From Carcharhinus amblyrhynchos (lineage: Eukaryota): a stretch of DNA of 64,000 nucleotides. Location: assembly GCA_965287045.1 (NCBI GenBank), contig OZ336881.1, forward strand, positions 52,080,001 through 52,144,000, read 5' to 3'. Position 1 is the stretch's first letter, and every line of letters begins with the position of its first letter. The position numbers were made by a program, and so were the translations under genes. Below, piece by piece: positions 25,225-37,700 of the stretch. The notes under the pieces are model-generated. The model made no database searches and was not told where the DNA came from. It worked only from the letters and a program-made list of their open reading frames with translations.

Positions 25225-26379
25225 CTGTCAGCAAAGCACAAAGCAGTGATGTTTATATACTTTGATACTAAATCATCTTTTCCAAAACATATAGAGGAGA
25301 CCAGACTTAAGTGACAAGCTATCTATTTTTAATGATGTAGATTGGTTGATTTTACTTAACGTATCAGGTACACACAGAATATCGTCGGGATGTCATTGTC
25401 TCTCATTTCAAAATCATCCATGGACACAAGCTGAGTTTTGCTAGGGACCATATCTCTCAGCTGGTTGTTATAACGGGGATGCTCTAATATTAAGCAATGA
25501 TGCTAAGAAAAGCCAAGGTGATCTATTTCATAGTTCAGCAATTCCTGGTACATTTGTGCTCCAGACCAACATGAATTCCATCCTTTAAATACAAGTCAGG
25601 CTGTTGGAGATGGCAGCAGTTTGAGATACATGAATAGAACATAAGCTTTATATTCACTATCTCTAATTTCCACACAGCATGTTGTACAGTCATGTGTGGC
25701 TGGTCAGTAGATGGTAATTTATTCAATGGCATAACGCACCATCTTGTGTTGCTGATGGATAAATATGAACAAGCGCAGCTGGAGCGTTGGGATAACACTC
25801 TAGGCAAAATGACCCCTCCCCAGTGAAAGAGGGAAAAGGGACTGAGCTAGGCATTTACAAGGTCAAATCTTTGTTTTGTGTAAACAATCAGTAGGTAAGC
25901 ATTCAAACTACCTTCTGGCGCAATATCAATGCACAATGAATAGAATTGTAATGGAATACACCTATGCATAAAATTCACTTTTTCAGGGCCAGACAGGTTT
26001 TTCAGCTAGAATCGTCACTTCAGTACACCTAACTGTCATAGCCCCATTTTTATCATCTGTTCTGAAGAAAGTGGTTTCTGTGGAATGATTTCTGTGCAGA
26101 TTCCTTCTGCTGAAGTGCAGTTTATGGAGGAGCCTGGTATCACTGACAGTAACTTCTGGATTCCTGCCTTTAACTACACATGTGCAGATGCCAGACGTGG
26201 CTGTCGGCTTTACACTGTATTAACAGTGAGCGCTGACAGTCTTACTCTTACCAGTACAGCAAAAACTAATCATTGAATTGAGAAATATAGTGTAAATCAA
26301 ATAATGTTCAGTGTTGCTCTGTCAGCCCGTGGCAGAGGAATAAAGCATCTCATTGATGGTTAAATAGTTAGAATGAGGT

Positions 26380-27190
26380 GGGTGTTCAATTTGGTACTTC
26401 CCAGAGGAAACTTGTGCACCGCCCCTGGGAGGGACTGGTGGTCCAGCTCATCACTTTGTTCACTACCAGGATGACCTGGCAACAGGTGCAGAAAAGACAT
26501 TACACTGAAAAGGGACTGACAAACAAACGGTCCTCAATCTCACCACATATTTCAAGAACGGTCCAAAGATTACTGTTGCGAGGTTTTTGCCTGTTCTACA
26601 TGATATACTGGTGGGGTTGTTCGCCGTGGGCGCAAACCCTGTTATGGCTGGAAACTCGTGTGACAGGCCCATGACTGGACCTGTGCCAGGGAATCTCAGA
26701 ATGAGAGCTTCCCTGCGCCCCTCTCCCACCAGCAATGTAATCAGGTTCATGCCAAAAAAGGACATGAATCTGGTTTGAATAAATTTAAACTAATTAACAT
26801 CTGATTAAACAGCTTAATGACGTACCTTCCAGGAATGTCAAATGTTCCCACAAACTGGTGTGATGTAATGCCAGCGGGCATCACTACTATTCTCCAGCAG
26901 TTGAAATGGGGGCATGGAGGCCAGTGTCACCCCCATGTGGTCAGAGACACAGTTGGGCAGTACCCCAGCACTGCCAATCTTCCCTTTAAAAATTGGCAGC
27001 CGATCTCTGCAGAGGCTGGATTTCCAGTGTCTTTAGGCCTAGTCCTTCGGGTATGATGGTGTAAAACATGCCTCCCTGCCTTCTTTTTGAGAAAGTTTCT
27101 GGAGAAGAACCTGCCACTTTCTCTGAGGAGAACAATGCCGTTTTTCTTTTAGAACCTGACATTTTGCAATTTCTTGAGAAATTTCTTCCT
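26380..27190 (-). mobile_element. Possible Harbinger element end with a decayed Myb/SANT-like ORF remnant
   Basis: Weak resemblance of the RF...GRREAL stretch to the N-terminus of Harbinger Myb-like proteins, next to TIR-like sequence near 27190; by-eye similarity only. Confidence 0.3.
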
Positions 27191-27191
27191 A

Positions 27192-27522
27192 TCATAGAAT
27201 CATATAAACATAACGTCTCCACAGTACAGGAGGAGGCCATTCGGCCTATCAAGTTTGCACCGACCACAATTCCACCTGGGCCCTATTCCTGTAACTCCAC
27301 ATATTTATCCTACTAATCCCCCTCACACTAGTGTCAATTTAGCATGGCCAATCAACCTAACCCGCATATCTTTGGAGTGTGGGAGGAAACTGGAGCACTC
27401 GGAGGAAACCCATGCAGACATGGGGAGAACACGCAAACTCCACACAAACAGTGTCCCGAGGCTGGAATTGAACCCAAGTCCCTGGCGCTATGAGGCAGCA
27501 GTGTTAACCATTGTGCTACCGT
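27192..27522 (-). mobile_element. V-SINE/HE1-type SINE
   Basis: Head, V core and CR1-type tail (tcatagaatcat on the plus strand). Confidence 0.88.
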
Positions 27523-27908
27523 AATATGTTTGTTAATTCTCAAGCTTATCCATATCTCTGGAGGGCGCACTTTTCTGAATCTAATTTAGAATGACCACAT
27601 CTTTCAACGTCATAATATTTAGAACAATTCAATTGCCTGACACCCCATGATTTAACAACAATCAGGTTGACAATGTTTTTAAAATTATTTGTGAAATTTA
27701 TTTGAAAATTATTGAGCATGCAATAAAGGTACAATTCCATTGACTTGAGCAAGGAGCTCCAATAGGAGATCTAAAGCAAGCTGTTGGTGCGATGGTGGAA
27801 CTGCGCATCCAGATTTTTCTCTGGGAATCCTCTGGGAAATGTTATCTAGCTTCCTGAGGATCATGTTATGATCCTAATAAAGACTGCTAACTTGTAAAAA
27901 GAGACTTT

Positions 27909-29762
27909 GGGGACGATCTTACCAAAAACATTCCAAGTGCCAAATGAGCGTAAAACCGGGAGAGAATCATGTACATTTTTTGGGTGAGCTGTCAGATACG
28001 ATCTTATGCCACTTAGTGCAAAGAAAAGGCAAAGGGTGATTTATGCCAGTGGAGGGAGTGGACAGGGTCTATTCTCTGTGGGAAGCCAGCTGCTGACAGC
28101 TAGAGGGTACCATTGCTCATGCGCCAATCTTGCAGTGCACTAACTGTTCATAAGAGTGCACAGTTAATACACTGGGAGATATCTCACTCTCCCCCCACTT
28201 TCACCAAATCACATTCCCACCCCTGATCGTGCCCTCACCTGGTCACCCCTACAATTGCGGCACTCCCCTGCCAATCGTTGCTGCTGTCCTCCCCTCTCCA
28301 GCCGTTCACTGCCCCATTCCCCCCAGCTGATCGCCACCCCCATCCGTGTTCCCCCACCAGTTGCTACCCCATCTCCTCCTGACCGATCACTGCCCCAGTG
28401 ATGCCCGATTGCAGAGTGCACAGCCAGTCACCTCCCCGAGGCCTCATCCCCTAAACTATAGAAAATATATGTCCCTTAACTTCCTAAAATGACCAAAAGC
28501 CCCATGCCACATTTATAACTTGCACTGTAACCTCAGCAGAATTGTAATGTTTGCAGGAACCAAGTTCAAAGTTGCTGTCAATGCCTAATAGGCTTACTTC
28601 TCTCTGTTTCACTGAGTGCCTGTCAAAAGTTGTTTCCCACAGTCTTGAGAATTCCCAAACCAAAGCCAACGCTGATGACTCCTTTTCTTGACCATGCCAG
28701 GGCAAATCCGCCAGTGTCCTTAAATTTCCATCGATCATGTCTCTTCAATGAGAAAGTAAGCTTTCGTATGCATTCTGCCAGCTATTTAACAGAAACCAGC
28801 CTTTCCACTGCTCTTCAGTACAGCTGCTGTATTCCTGTCTCACCCTTGGGGACTCACTTTCTCTTTCTAATTCTCGATTAGGGCTTTCTGGGCTGGATTT
28901 TGAGCCCGCAGTCTCCATCTGTGAGATCACTGGTGGGGGCTCAAGTTCCAGCAAAACCTGGAAATCGTCAGTGAGATTACAATCTCCAATTTTTGCCACC
29001 CCACGCTGGTGATGTAATGGACACAAACCTTATTTCAATACATTTTAATATATTTAAATCTACTTAAACACCCGACTTGCCAGATTCTCCCCACTCATGA
29101 GATTTTCATACAGGCTCACACATACATGAACCTGTCAAGGGACTCCCCCACCTCCTCCCACTCCCCCCCCACCCCCCGACCCCCAGGAATGCAAAGGTCA
29201 GACAGGGAAATGGCCAGGCAGTTTTATGGTAAAAAAGCAAATTACTACGGATGCTGGAATCTGAAACCAAAAGAGAAAATACTGGAAAATCTCAGCAGGT
29301 CTGGTAGCATCTGTAAAGAGAGAAAAGAGCTGATGTTTTGAGTCCAGATGACCCTTTGTCAATGCCTCCTGGCTCTGCCCACTGGCACTGGTTGGCAGCG
29401 TCAGACAGTGTGTTCTAAGGGGAGACTCACATGTGGGGATGCATCTATTTGTGGTGGAGGGGTGAGCAGACACAGAGAGCAATGAGGACACTGGCAATGA
29501 TCGGGGGGGGAGAGTCAGAATGTGGGAGTGTGGGATGGGGAGGCAACAGATAACCCCCAATGTTGGAGCTAGCTTTCTAAAGGGCCCCTGGCTGAAAGAG
29601 TCCTCGCCCTGCCAGAGTGATGGTGAAAACCTCACCCACTCTTTTTTTTCAGTTAAAGGGATAAAATCTGGAGCGAAAACTCGCCAGTGGAGCTGTAGGG
29701 TTCCACATCCATTTTCTCACCATAACTGATACTTTGTCAAATTCTTGTAAGATCACCGCCCC
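27909..29762. mobile_element. Composite non-autonomous TIR element(s) with a nested Penelope terminus (29232-29364)
   Basis: GGGGACGATCTTAC at 27909 and GTAAGATCACCGCCCC near 29747-29762 are inverted termini; C-rich internal repeats. Confidence 0.45.
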
Positions 29763-29779
29763 CCTTTTCAATTGTGGCA

Positions 29780-29960
29780 CCCCCTGCCGATCTTTGCTGC
29801 CGTCCTCATCCTCCTGCCCGATCGTCGCACCCATTCCCCCCCAGCCGATCGCCACTACCAACCCTGTCCCCTCTCCCCCACCAGTTGCCACCCTGTCCGT
29901 TCCCCCCCACCAGTTGCCACCCTGTCCGCTCCCGAATGATCGCCACCCTGCCACCCCTCT
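29780..29960. repeat. GC-rich imperfect tandem repeat (about 22-25 bp unit, ccccaccagttgccaccctgtccg)
   Basis: Unit repeated several times; related units at 28210-28400. Confidence 0.7.
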
Positions 29961-30330
29961 GAATCAAACTGCTTGGAAATTTGTAGTTGGGCAATTGGAA
30001 GACCAGGTGCTCTTTCCCTTGTCTTCAGATGTGAAAACTGGCACACTGGGTTCAATAGGAATTGACCTGGATCCCTGGTCCACATAGTAAACATGTCACC
30101 ACGGCCTATCACCAGGCCGAACTAGCAGGAAATCACCTGACCTTCTCCATTCTCCATTTTACCTTCAATTAACAGAGGCAATTTAAAACATAACCATTTT
30201 ATAAAACTTTACATTTGTACCAAGTTGGAAATGTTAATCATACCAGTGGTGTTGTTGGCTGGTACGTGATGAAAAGAAAAGAAGTAAGGAAAAAGAGAAA
30301 CAAATTACAATACAGTGCAGAATAAAATAT

Positions 30331-30552
30331 CAAAGCAAATTACTGTGGATGCTGGAAGCTGAAACAGAAACAAAAAGTGCTGGAAAACCTCAGCAGTTGT
30401 GACAGCTTCTGTGGGGAGAGGATAGAGCCAACATTTCGAATCTAGGTGAACCTTTGTCAGAGCTTTGTCAGCACTCTGATAAAAGGTCACCTAGACTCGA
30501 AACATTGGCTCTATTCTCTCCCACAGATGATGTCAGACCTGCTGAGATTTTC
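30331..30552. mobile_element. Penelope-like fold-back insertion (family B) with a 13-bp TSD
   Basis: cagaataaaatat at 30318-30330 and 30553-30565; internal arms at about 30380-30462 and 30474-30555 are inverted. Confidence 0.8.
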
Positions 30553-31671
30553 CAGAATAAAATATGTTTAACTTAAAAGAAATAATACAAGGAATATTAC
30601 ACGAAAAGTTTGAGAAAATCTACTCCAGCTCGTGACCCAGTACCGGACATTTTCTAATGACACAATCAGATGACATTCCACGTATAGCCCTAAACGTCAG
30701 AAAACAGGGCTGAGAGGCACAGCCCTGTGTACAATTTTCTGGCCTTCAATGAGGCTTGCATCACTGAGAAACCAGGGCCTTGTGTTCCATGAAGGACTGA
30801 ATGGTTTGTTTTTTGTGCTGTAACATTCCATAACTACAGCCTCACCAAACAGTGAAAATATGCCATCACTGTAGAACATGATATGGATTTGATTTACGGC
30901 AGTGATGTTGCATGTCACTAATTAACAGACCTGCTCACGTTTCAAAAATTCAGGCAGACACCTTTTGCCAGTTAATTCACATCTGGAATTGAACAGCTGA
31001 AGCAGTTGGCTATTGCCTTCTGATGTCAACTGCTTTCACTATTTATTGCTTTTTGTCCTGATAATACCGATTGAATACAGTTCTTTGTGCACTGACAGAT
31101 GGCTTAGCCAAAATATAATAAAACATATTGCAACTGTAATTTCCTTGCAGAATCATCACACTATTTACCACGGGCTCAGAAGTGACCTCTTGTGTGCAAT
31201 AATGGCCTCAGACTTCAACTGGTGACATTAGAGTATAATGATTGCTACTGCAGTAACCTTGAGGGAAGTATCACTGCATCACAACAAACCATAAATTGTC
31301 TTTTAATGAATAAGAAGCATGTCATGTTGGTGAGCAGCGAATGGAAACAGATTGTTTGTGTGTCCTGACCAGGGAAACTATTGGTAACAGGCATTGACTG
31401 AAACTCATGGTGACACAATTTATTAACTGACACGTGCTTAATAATGAAATCTGAAGATGACTCTGGTCACTGCTTGTATGAACACTGAGGAAAAAGCACC
31501 TCTATCAAGAAAGGAACACGGTATTTATGTTTTTATAAAATAAAACATTTGGAGGAGTAGTTGTTTGGGAAACATATTAATAAAAATAATTTTCCAAAGC
31601 TGGTTCCAAACACCGAAGGACCAAATATCCCTGCACGACTTACAAAATTCACCCGCTCTTAACTACTTATT

Positions 31672-32013
31672 TTACTCATTCATGGCATGTCAATATCGCT
31701 GGCTAGGCCAGCATTTATTACTCATTCTCGAGGGCATTTAACAGTCAACCACATCGCTGTGGCTCTAGAGTGACATGTAGGCCAGACCAGGCAAGAGCAG
31801 CAGATTTCCTTCCCTAAAGGACATTAGCAAAGCAGCTGGGTTTTTACAACAATTGGCAGTGGTTTCATGGCCATCATTAGACTTTTAATTCCAGATTTTT
31901 ATTGAATTCAAATTTCACCATCTGCTATGGTGGGGTTCGAATTCGGGTGCCTGGAGGAGTACCTGGGTCCCTGGATTAGTACTTCAGCGACATTATTACT
32001 GCACCACCACTTT
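31672..32013 (-). mobile_element. tRNA-derived SINE (third family, RTEX-like tail)
   Basis: Core tagactttt aattccagatttttattgaattcaaatttcaccatctg shared with the copies at 36781, 44170, 57700 and 61990. Confidence 0.82.
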
Positions 32014-32799
32014 CTCTAAAACCCTTTACCCCTAAAACAAACAATTTTCATCTACGAGCTTTGATATCATTGAGCAATATTTGTCAGTGATCATAGGCAT
32101 GGGAAGTGTGTTTCTTCCAAACAATGCCAAACTGCTTTTTACTATACTGTTATATTATGGCATTTGGACTACTATTGTCATTGAATTCAATCTTTCTACT
32201 CAGAATACAGAAAAAATAAGGTCCATATTACTATTTGCCTTTGCAATTGATTGGCTTTGAATCAGATTTCATGCCAACATCAGAATCTATCCAGCTTTTG
32301 GTCTACCGATTCATCCAACTATCCATCAAAAATGTTTGCTTTTAGCACTGACTCCAATTTCCATTTTAATTTTCTTGCACCCAGTGGTGCACTAATGCTG
32401 ACTTTTGTTTTGTTCCGTAGCTAGTAATTCCCAGGATAGGTTCTAGTTTGTTGTCAGGGGCTTATATCTTGAGGGGCGCTGCTCCACATCAAGCAGAGTG
32501 GGGGGCGGGGGGAGGCAGGGGTGCAGGTTAGTGTGTTTAATACACTAACTGCAAGTGGATAGGGGAGAAAGGAGTTTCTATCACACTCTCTCCCTAATCC
32601 ACAAAGGACAACATACAAAAATAGTATCTCTCCTTTCTTCCTGCTCTTTGAATTTGTTTTTAAGTCAGGCTACCCACTCACAGTTGTGTGGCTTGGGCAG
32701 CATATTATCTGGGTCAATTGGTTTGATATCAAACCCAACTGAGCCTTGATTAATTATTTAAATATAGTGAATGGGCTGCTGATTTTGGACTATCCCCAG

Positions 32800-33675
32800 T
32801 GTTATGGGGTGAGTTTGTGGGTGGGTGTGAAGATGGTGGGGTGGGCACCTGCCCTATTTGACATGCTCATCAAAAGCATGCCTGATGAGCATGTCAAATG
32901 TAGCCTTGTATGCACATAATGGATATGACTAGACCCTATTAACCTTCCATTGTACTAAGATAGCTGCCTTCATCTAAATCTGACTGGGTGATTCTAAAGA
33001 TATCAAATGACAAACGGGATGATTAGAATCAACATATACACTATGCTTTGTTTGGGAGAAAGGACTTCGAACTTATGGAAGCCATATGATGAAGGAACCA
33101 TTTTGTCGTTGGTTTTTAAAACCAGCAAGAATCCATTGTAGAAGGGAGTTCCATCAAGATCCATTGAACTAGCTGCAAGATACCCAAGTAGTCAAGATAA
33201 TAAACAGCATTATCTTGAAGGTGGAAGATCCTATCAGAGAGAGACGGACTCTCAAAACTGTTTCAGTTAAGTTCACTCGACAACTCACCTCCCAGAAATT
33301 CAACTACAAGAAACCTCACAGCTTACTAAGAATCCTCCATTTTACCAGATCTTCACTTCAAAAAAAAGCACTAATTTCATTCAAGGAACTATAAGGCAAC
33401 CATGAAAAGATGAGATATTCATAAGCAGTATATTACCTTCATCTGTACCCAGCCTGTGTATGTGTGAGAGTATGTGATGATTGAATCACTGCATCAAATT
33501 TTGGGGTAAATGTGTAATAATAAATAACCTTCTTTATGTTTAAACTCACAAATGCTTTCTGCTGGGATGATTTAATTGGGACACTCACTCAGAGTAAGAA
33601 AAAACTCACCACTTACATATAAAAAAATACTGCCCACAACCAGTAAAAGAAAATATGTGAATTCTGTCCATGACA
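32800..33675 (+). mobile_element. Possible solo LTR
   Basis: TGTTATGG...CCATGACA imperfect inverted ends and AATAAA near 33519; no clear TSD. Confidence 0.3.
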
Positions 33676-34094
33676 CATTCTAAACTCGTTCTCCCTTTCA
33701 CTACCTCTTCCCCTGTAAAGGCAACATATAAATGGAGATTGTCGATCAATTACTATAATCTAAAGCAACGTGACAGTAGAAGCAGTTCCAATGAATTTGG
33801 ATTAGGGACAATAGTATTGTATTCAGGTCCATTTTAAAATAGTACATTATCTAAACCATCCAAATATTAGGCTCCGTGGCCCAGCATTGTTCTCCCTACC
33901 TGATCTTGGGGATCGTGCACTGGATGTGATGGGGCAATGTACTGGCTCTGTGACTGACAAAAATCTGACAGGTTTCAGAGAAACATGCTAACTTGAAGAT
34001 TATCTGCAAAAAGATTAATTACACTGTCACCTATACAATGAAATGCACTTAAACGGGAACTTGTCTTATGCATCAGCTTTGTCTTGATGATGAT

Positions 34095-34815
34095 CATAGG
34101 ATCGATAGTTGCTATTTGGCCCATCGAGCTTTATCCACCATTGAGAAAGATCATGGTTGATCTGATTGTGGCCTTAACACCACTTTCCTGCCTGCCCCTG
34201 ATAACTCTCAAATTCCTTTTCAATTAAAAATCTAACTAACTCAGCCTCCAATATATTAAATGACCCAACACCCACTGCTCTCTGTGGAAGAGAATTAAAA
34301 AGACTAACAATTTTCTGAGAAGAAATTCCTCCTCGGTTCCATATTCAAAGGGAATCCCCGTATTTTTAAACTATGCCCCCTTGTTCTAGATTCCTTCATG
34401 ACAAAAAACAGCTCCCTCAGAACCTTATAGCCGGAATTCTCTGGCTGTGCACGCAGGCGGGATTCTTTGGTCCTGCCGGCAGCAGGACTGAAGGGGTGAT
34501 GTGTGATGACATCAGTGGGAATTCCCATTGATAAGGGTGGGAACAGACTGCTACCAAATAACGCGCCACCTCCCACCAACGGAAACAACGGCTGGGAAGC
34601 CAAAGAATCTCACTCTAATGTTTCAAGAAGATCACCTCTCATCTTTCTCAACTCTAATGAGTATAGGCGTAACTTGCTCAATCTTTCCCCATAAGTCAAC
34701 CCTTCATTCCAGGGATCAGCTGAGTGAACCTTCTCTGAACCGTTTCCAATGCAAATTTCTCCTCCTTAAGTCCAGAAGACAAAACCACACATAGCACTTC
34801 AGTTGTGGTCTCATT
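34095..34815 (-). mobile_element. CR1 3' fragment interrupted by a MITE (about 34430-34610)
   Basis: ESRTRGHSLKIRG...RRNFFS and RPQLKCYVW remnants flank a GCCGGAATTCTC...AGAATCTCAC element. Confidence 0.75.
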
Positions 34816-35492
34816 GGTCGCCATCAGTCAATGGGAATCAGCAGCTCACTGGAAGATGGAGTGAAATGTTGGGGAGAAGCAACTGCTAGGGATGAAGGGT
34901 AGTTACTGACACTAAGTTAAATCACAAGGAGGAAGATTCAGGAAGGTCTCACACGAGGCTGGGAGGAGAAGCAGAGAAGCCCAAGGCATGGGAGTTCTAC
35001 ACTTTTCTTGTGAGGCACAGAGGAGGGCTTTTACTTTGGAACCCACAAGGAAAGTCAAAAAAAAAGCAAAGCAATCTTTTTTTTTTGTTCCCCTCTTGAA
35101 CTCTTTTTTCTGCCAACCAAGGTAACAACAAAACATTCCCATACATGCCTGATGATATCCTTGGAATCTGGTTGGGTTCTTTGAAGAAAGATCCAGCTAA
35201 TTTTCAGTGCTGGGGAAAGCAGGTTATTGTCAAAACCCAGAAAGAGCTCATGGGCATATGTCCTGCGTTCAATCTTAACAATCTTAAAAGCCTAGCTTTT
35301 ACCAGGGATGGAGGGATAAACTGTTCCTGAAACGACCACCGAGAAGGGTGAGAAATGCTGTACTCTCATGGACAGGATGATGAGGCATTCTGCAAATATA
35401 GAGTCTGGATGAAATTAAGATAAATGCGCACTTAATTTGCTTTCTCTTCCTGTCAATGCAGGATCAATAAAGGAAACAGTGTACGTGCTTAC

Positions 35493-35705
35493 CAGTGTGT
35501 CATCACTTCGGGTCCAACTGCGAGCAAAGAGCCTGTACAAGCTGATAATTCCATTTGGTTGGGCAGGTGGAGTGATGTTTACTGCAGCAGAGGTTGCATG
35601 CACTGAAAGAAAGCTGGGTGGATACAAGCCTTCAGGAGGAGCTTGTCCGGTTCTTGAGCGAGTCCATGCACTTGATGAGTTTCCTGCAGAATTCACTGAG
35701 CTTAC
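35493..35705 (-). CDS. USH2A: Usherin coding exon, orthologue of human exon 65 (FN3)
   Basis: 213 nt, phase 0-0, ttaactgcag|GTAAGCTCA...GACACACTG|gtaag. Translates VSSVNSAGNSSSAWTRSRTGQAPPEGLYPPSF...PNGIISLYRLFARSWTRSDDTL. Confidence 0.95.
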
Positions 35706-36094
35706 CTGCAGTTAAGAATCACAACTTAAAAAGAAAGCACCACATAATGAATGGTATTGTCCTAGCTTGAGTAAACTATCTGCTTTATAACACGAAGAAA
35801 GGCTAATGAAGACCAACAGGGAAAAATTGGACCTTGTTTCACCTATTTTTTTTTGGCACATTGATGTTGAAAACTGTACCGGTGCCATTGCCTGCTCTCA
35901 CCTAGGACTGGAAAACTTAATTAACTTTGCTGTCAATCTCCAATCTTCTCTCACTTTCAAATGGCCCATCTCCAATATTTCCTCAAATTCGCTATCTCCA
36001 TTTTGGGGATAGGCTGTCCACTAATATTCAGTATAAGCCCTAGTGCTGTGAGGCAGCAGTGTTAATGACTGTGCCACAATGATGCCCCTTGTCT

Positions 36095-36355
36095 TGTTTT
36101 CATTTTCCACCCCACCAGAGTCCAATTCAAAGGATCATCTTCCCCCTTTTGTATCACCTCCAACATGATGCTACCATCGAGCACATTTCATCTTCCCCAA
36201 CCAGCATTCCAAAGGGAATATTCCCTCTGCGACACTCTGGTTCAATCCTCAATCACTCCCAACAACCTTCTCAGCAATCATAGGAGGCGTAATAACAATG
36301 TCCTTTTACCTCCTCCCTCCTAACTATCCAAGGCCCCAAACACTCCTTCCCAGTG
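36095..36355 (+). mobile_element. Penelope-like element ORF fragment
   Basis: IQRIIF...HLQHDATIEHI...LRDTLV...CPFTSSLLTIQGPKHSF remnants, typical of the linker between the PLE RT and GIY-YIG domains. Confidence 0.7.
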
Positions 36356-36621
36356 GAGGGGGAGATTGTCGGGCCAGTGTTTGACTGTTTCGGCTTGAAT
36401 AACATTGCTGTAAAATATCTTTTAACCACTTTTTGATGTTGTAGGTATTTTTAATGCCGTTATAATTGGGCACAGTTGCTGTTGTCACTGATGTTCTGCT
36501 GGGTTGACCATTTGGGTTGGAGGATGAGGAATAGCAACACTGGCAAGGGAGGGTACACAGAGCTCTCTTGTGCAGTTACAGAAGAGGGGTGCAAGACATA
36601 GTTCAGGAGACCCAAAGCATT

Positions 36622-36743
36622 GGGCGGGATTTTACGACCTTGCTCGAGCGAGATCAGAAATTCCTGCCCAAGCTCAATGGATATTTCTGTTGTCTGCCTT
36701 TGCTCGCTCCAACTCTGTGGCAGGTGGGGTGGTAGAATTCCAG
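36622..36743. mobile_element. Short MITE
   Basis: gggcgggattttacgaccttgctcg...ggtagaattcc; same family as 3222-3333. Confidence 0.65.
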
Positions 36744-36780
36744 TGATCATGTGACTGCTGGAGCTTTTCTTAAAAATTGT

Positions 36781-37155
36781 TTCATGGAATGCAGGCGTAG
36801 TAGGCAAGGTTTGCTATCCATCCCTAATTGCCCTTGAATTGAGTGGCTTGCTCCATCGTTTCAGAGGCCAGTTACAAGTAAACAATGTTGTTGCGGGTCT
36901 GGAGTCACATTTAGGCCAGGCCAGATGAGGATGGCAGATTTCCTTTAAGAAAGGGCATTAGTGAATTAGATGGGTTTTGCAGCAAAAAAGACAATGATAG
37001 TTGTCATGGTCAGCATCACTGAGACTAGTTTTATAATTCCAGATTTATTAATTGAATTCAAATTTCAACAGCTGCCATGGAGTAGTTTGAATACATATCC
37101 TCAGAGCATTGGGATTACTAGTCCAGTGACGTAACCATTATGCCATCATTTCTCC
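36781..37155 (-). mobile_element. SINE, third family
   Basis: Collinear with 44170-44560. Confidence 0.8.
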
Positions 37156-37329
37156 TTCAGGTAACTGACTGCCACACCTGAACCACACACCGAGAAGCAG
37201 TGCATCAGGTGCCTTCTCTTCAGGAATGAAGCAATCATAGAATTGTGTCACCTGTTGCAAAACCAACTGAAGGCCCACGTGAGGCCATGGGCAGTCCAGG
37301 TGGAAGAGAGAAAGTCATGAACTCATGCA

Positions 37330-37700
37330 GCTCTCTCAGTACAGTGGCCCCGAATTTCTACACCACTGGTTCATTCCCAGCTGCAACACATGACATAAAC
37401 GATATAACCCAGTTTGCAGTCCACTGCTGCACTCGGGATGGACTCCAGGAAGAGCGTTTCATCTCTTTCTTCATGAAGCATGAGTGCAAGCAACAATGGA
37501 TTGCATGCAAATAATCTTGCATCAGGATCTATACATGTCAGTGAGCAGAGCAGGATTCCACTCCCTCAATCTGCTTGTCACTCAAGCCCAGTTTCTTGAA
37601 AGTAGTCACATCACTTTTATTCAGCTACAGCCCTTAAGGCCATCTCGCTTCCACTTGGACTATCCAGTGTCAGGCCGATTGCTTGCTGATAGGTGATGCA
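37330..37700 (+). pseudogene. PIF/Harbinger (HARBI1-like) DDE transposase remnant
   Basis: NFYTTGSFPAATHDINDITQFAVHCC, then QATMDCMQI...GFHSLN...AQFLESSH...GRLLADR, matching Harbinger motifs FYxSGSFQ, GAIDCTHI, KGFHSLN, PGSSHD and WLLGD; frameshifted and internally deleted. Confidence 0.75.

Noticed and set aside
29649-30112. Overlapping ORFs and repeats resembling an array or a Pro-rich gene
   Set aside because: GC-rich tandem repeat associated with a TIR element; no unique spacers and a eukaryotic context, so not CRISPR.
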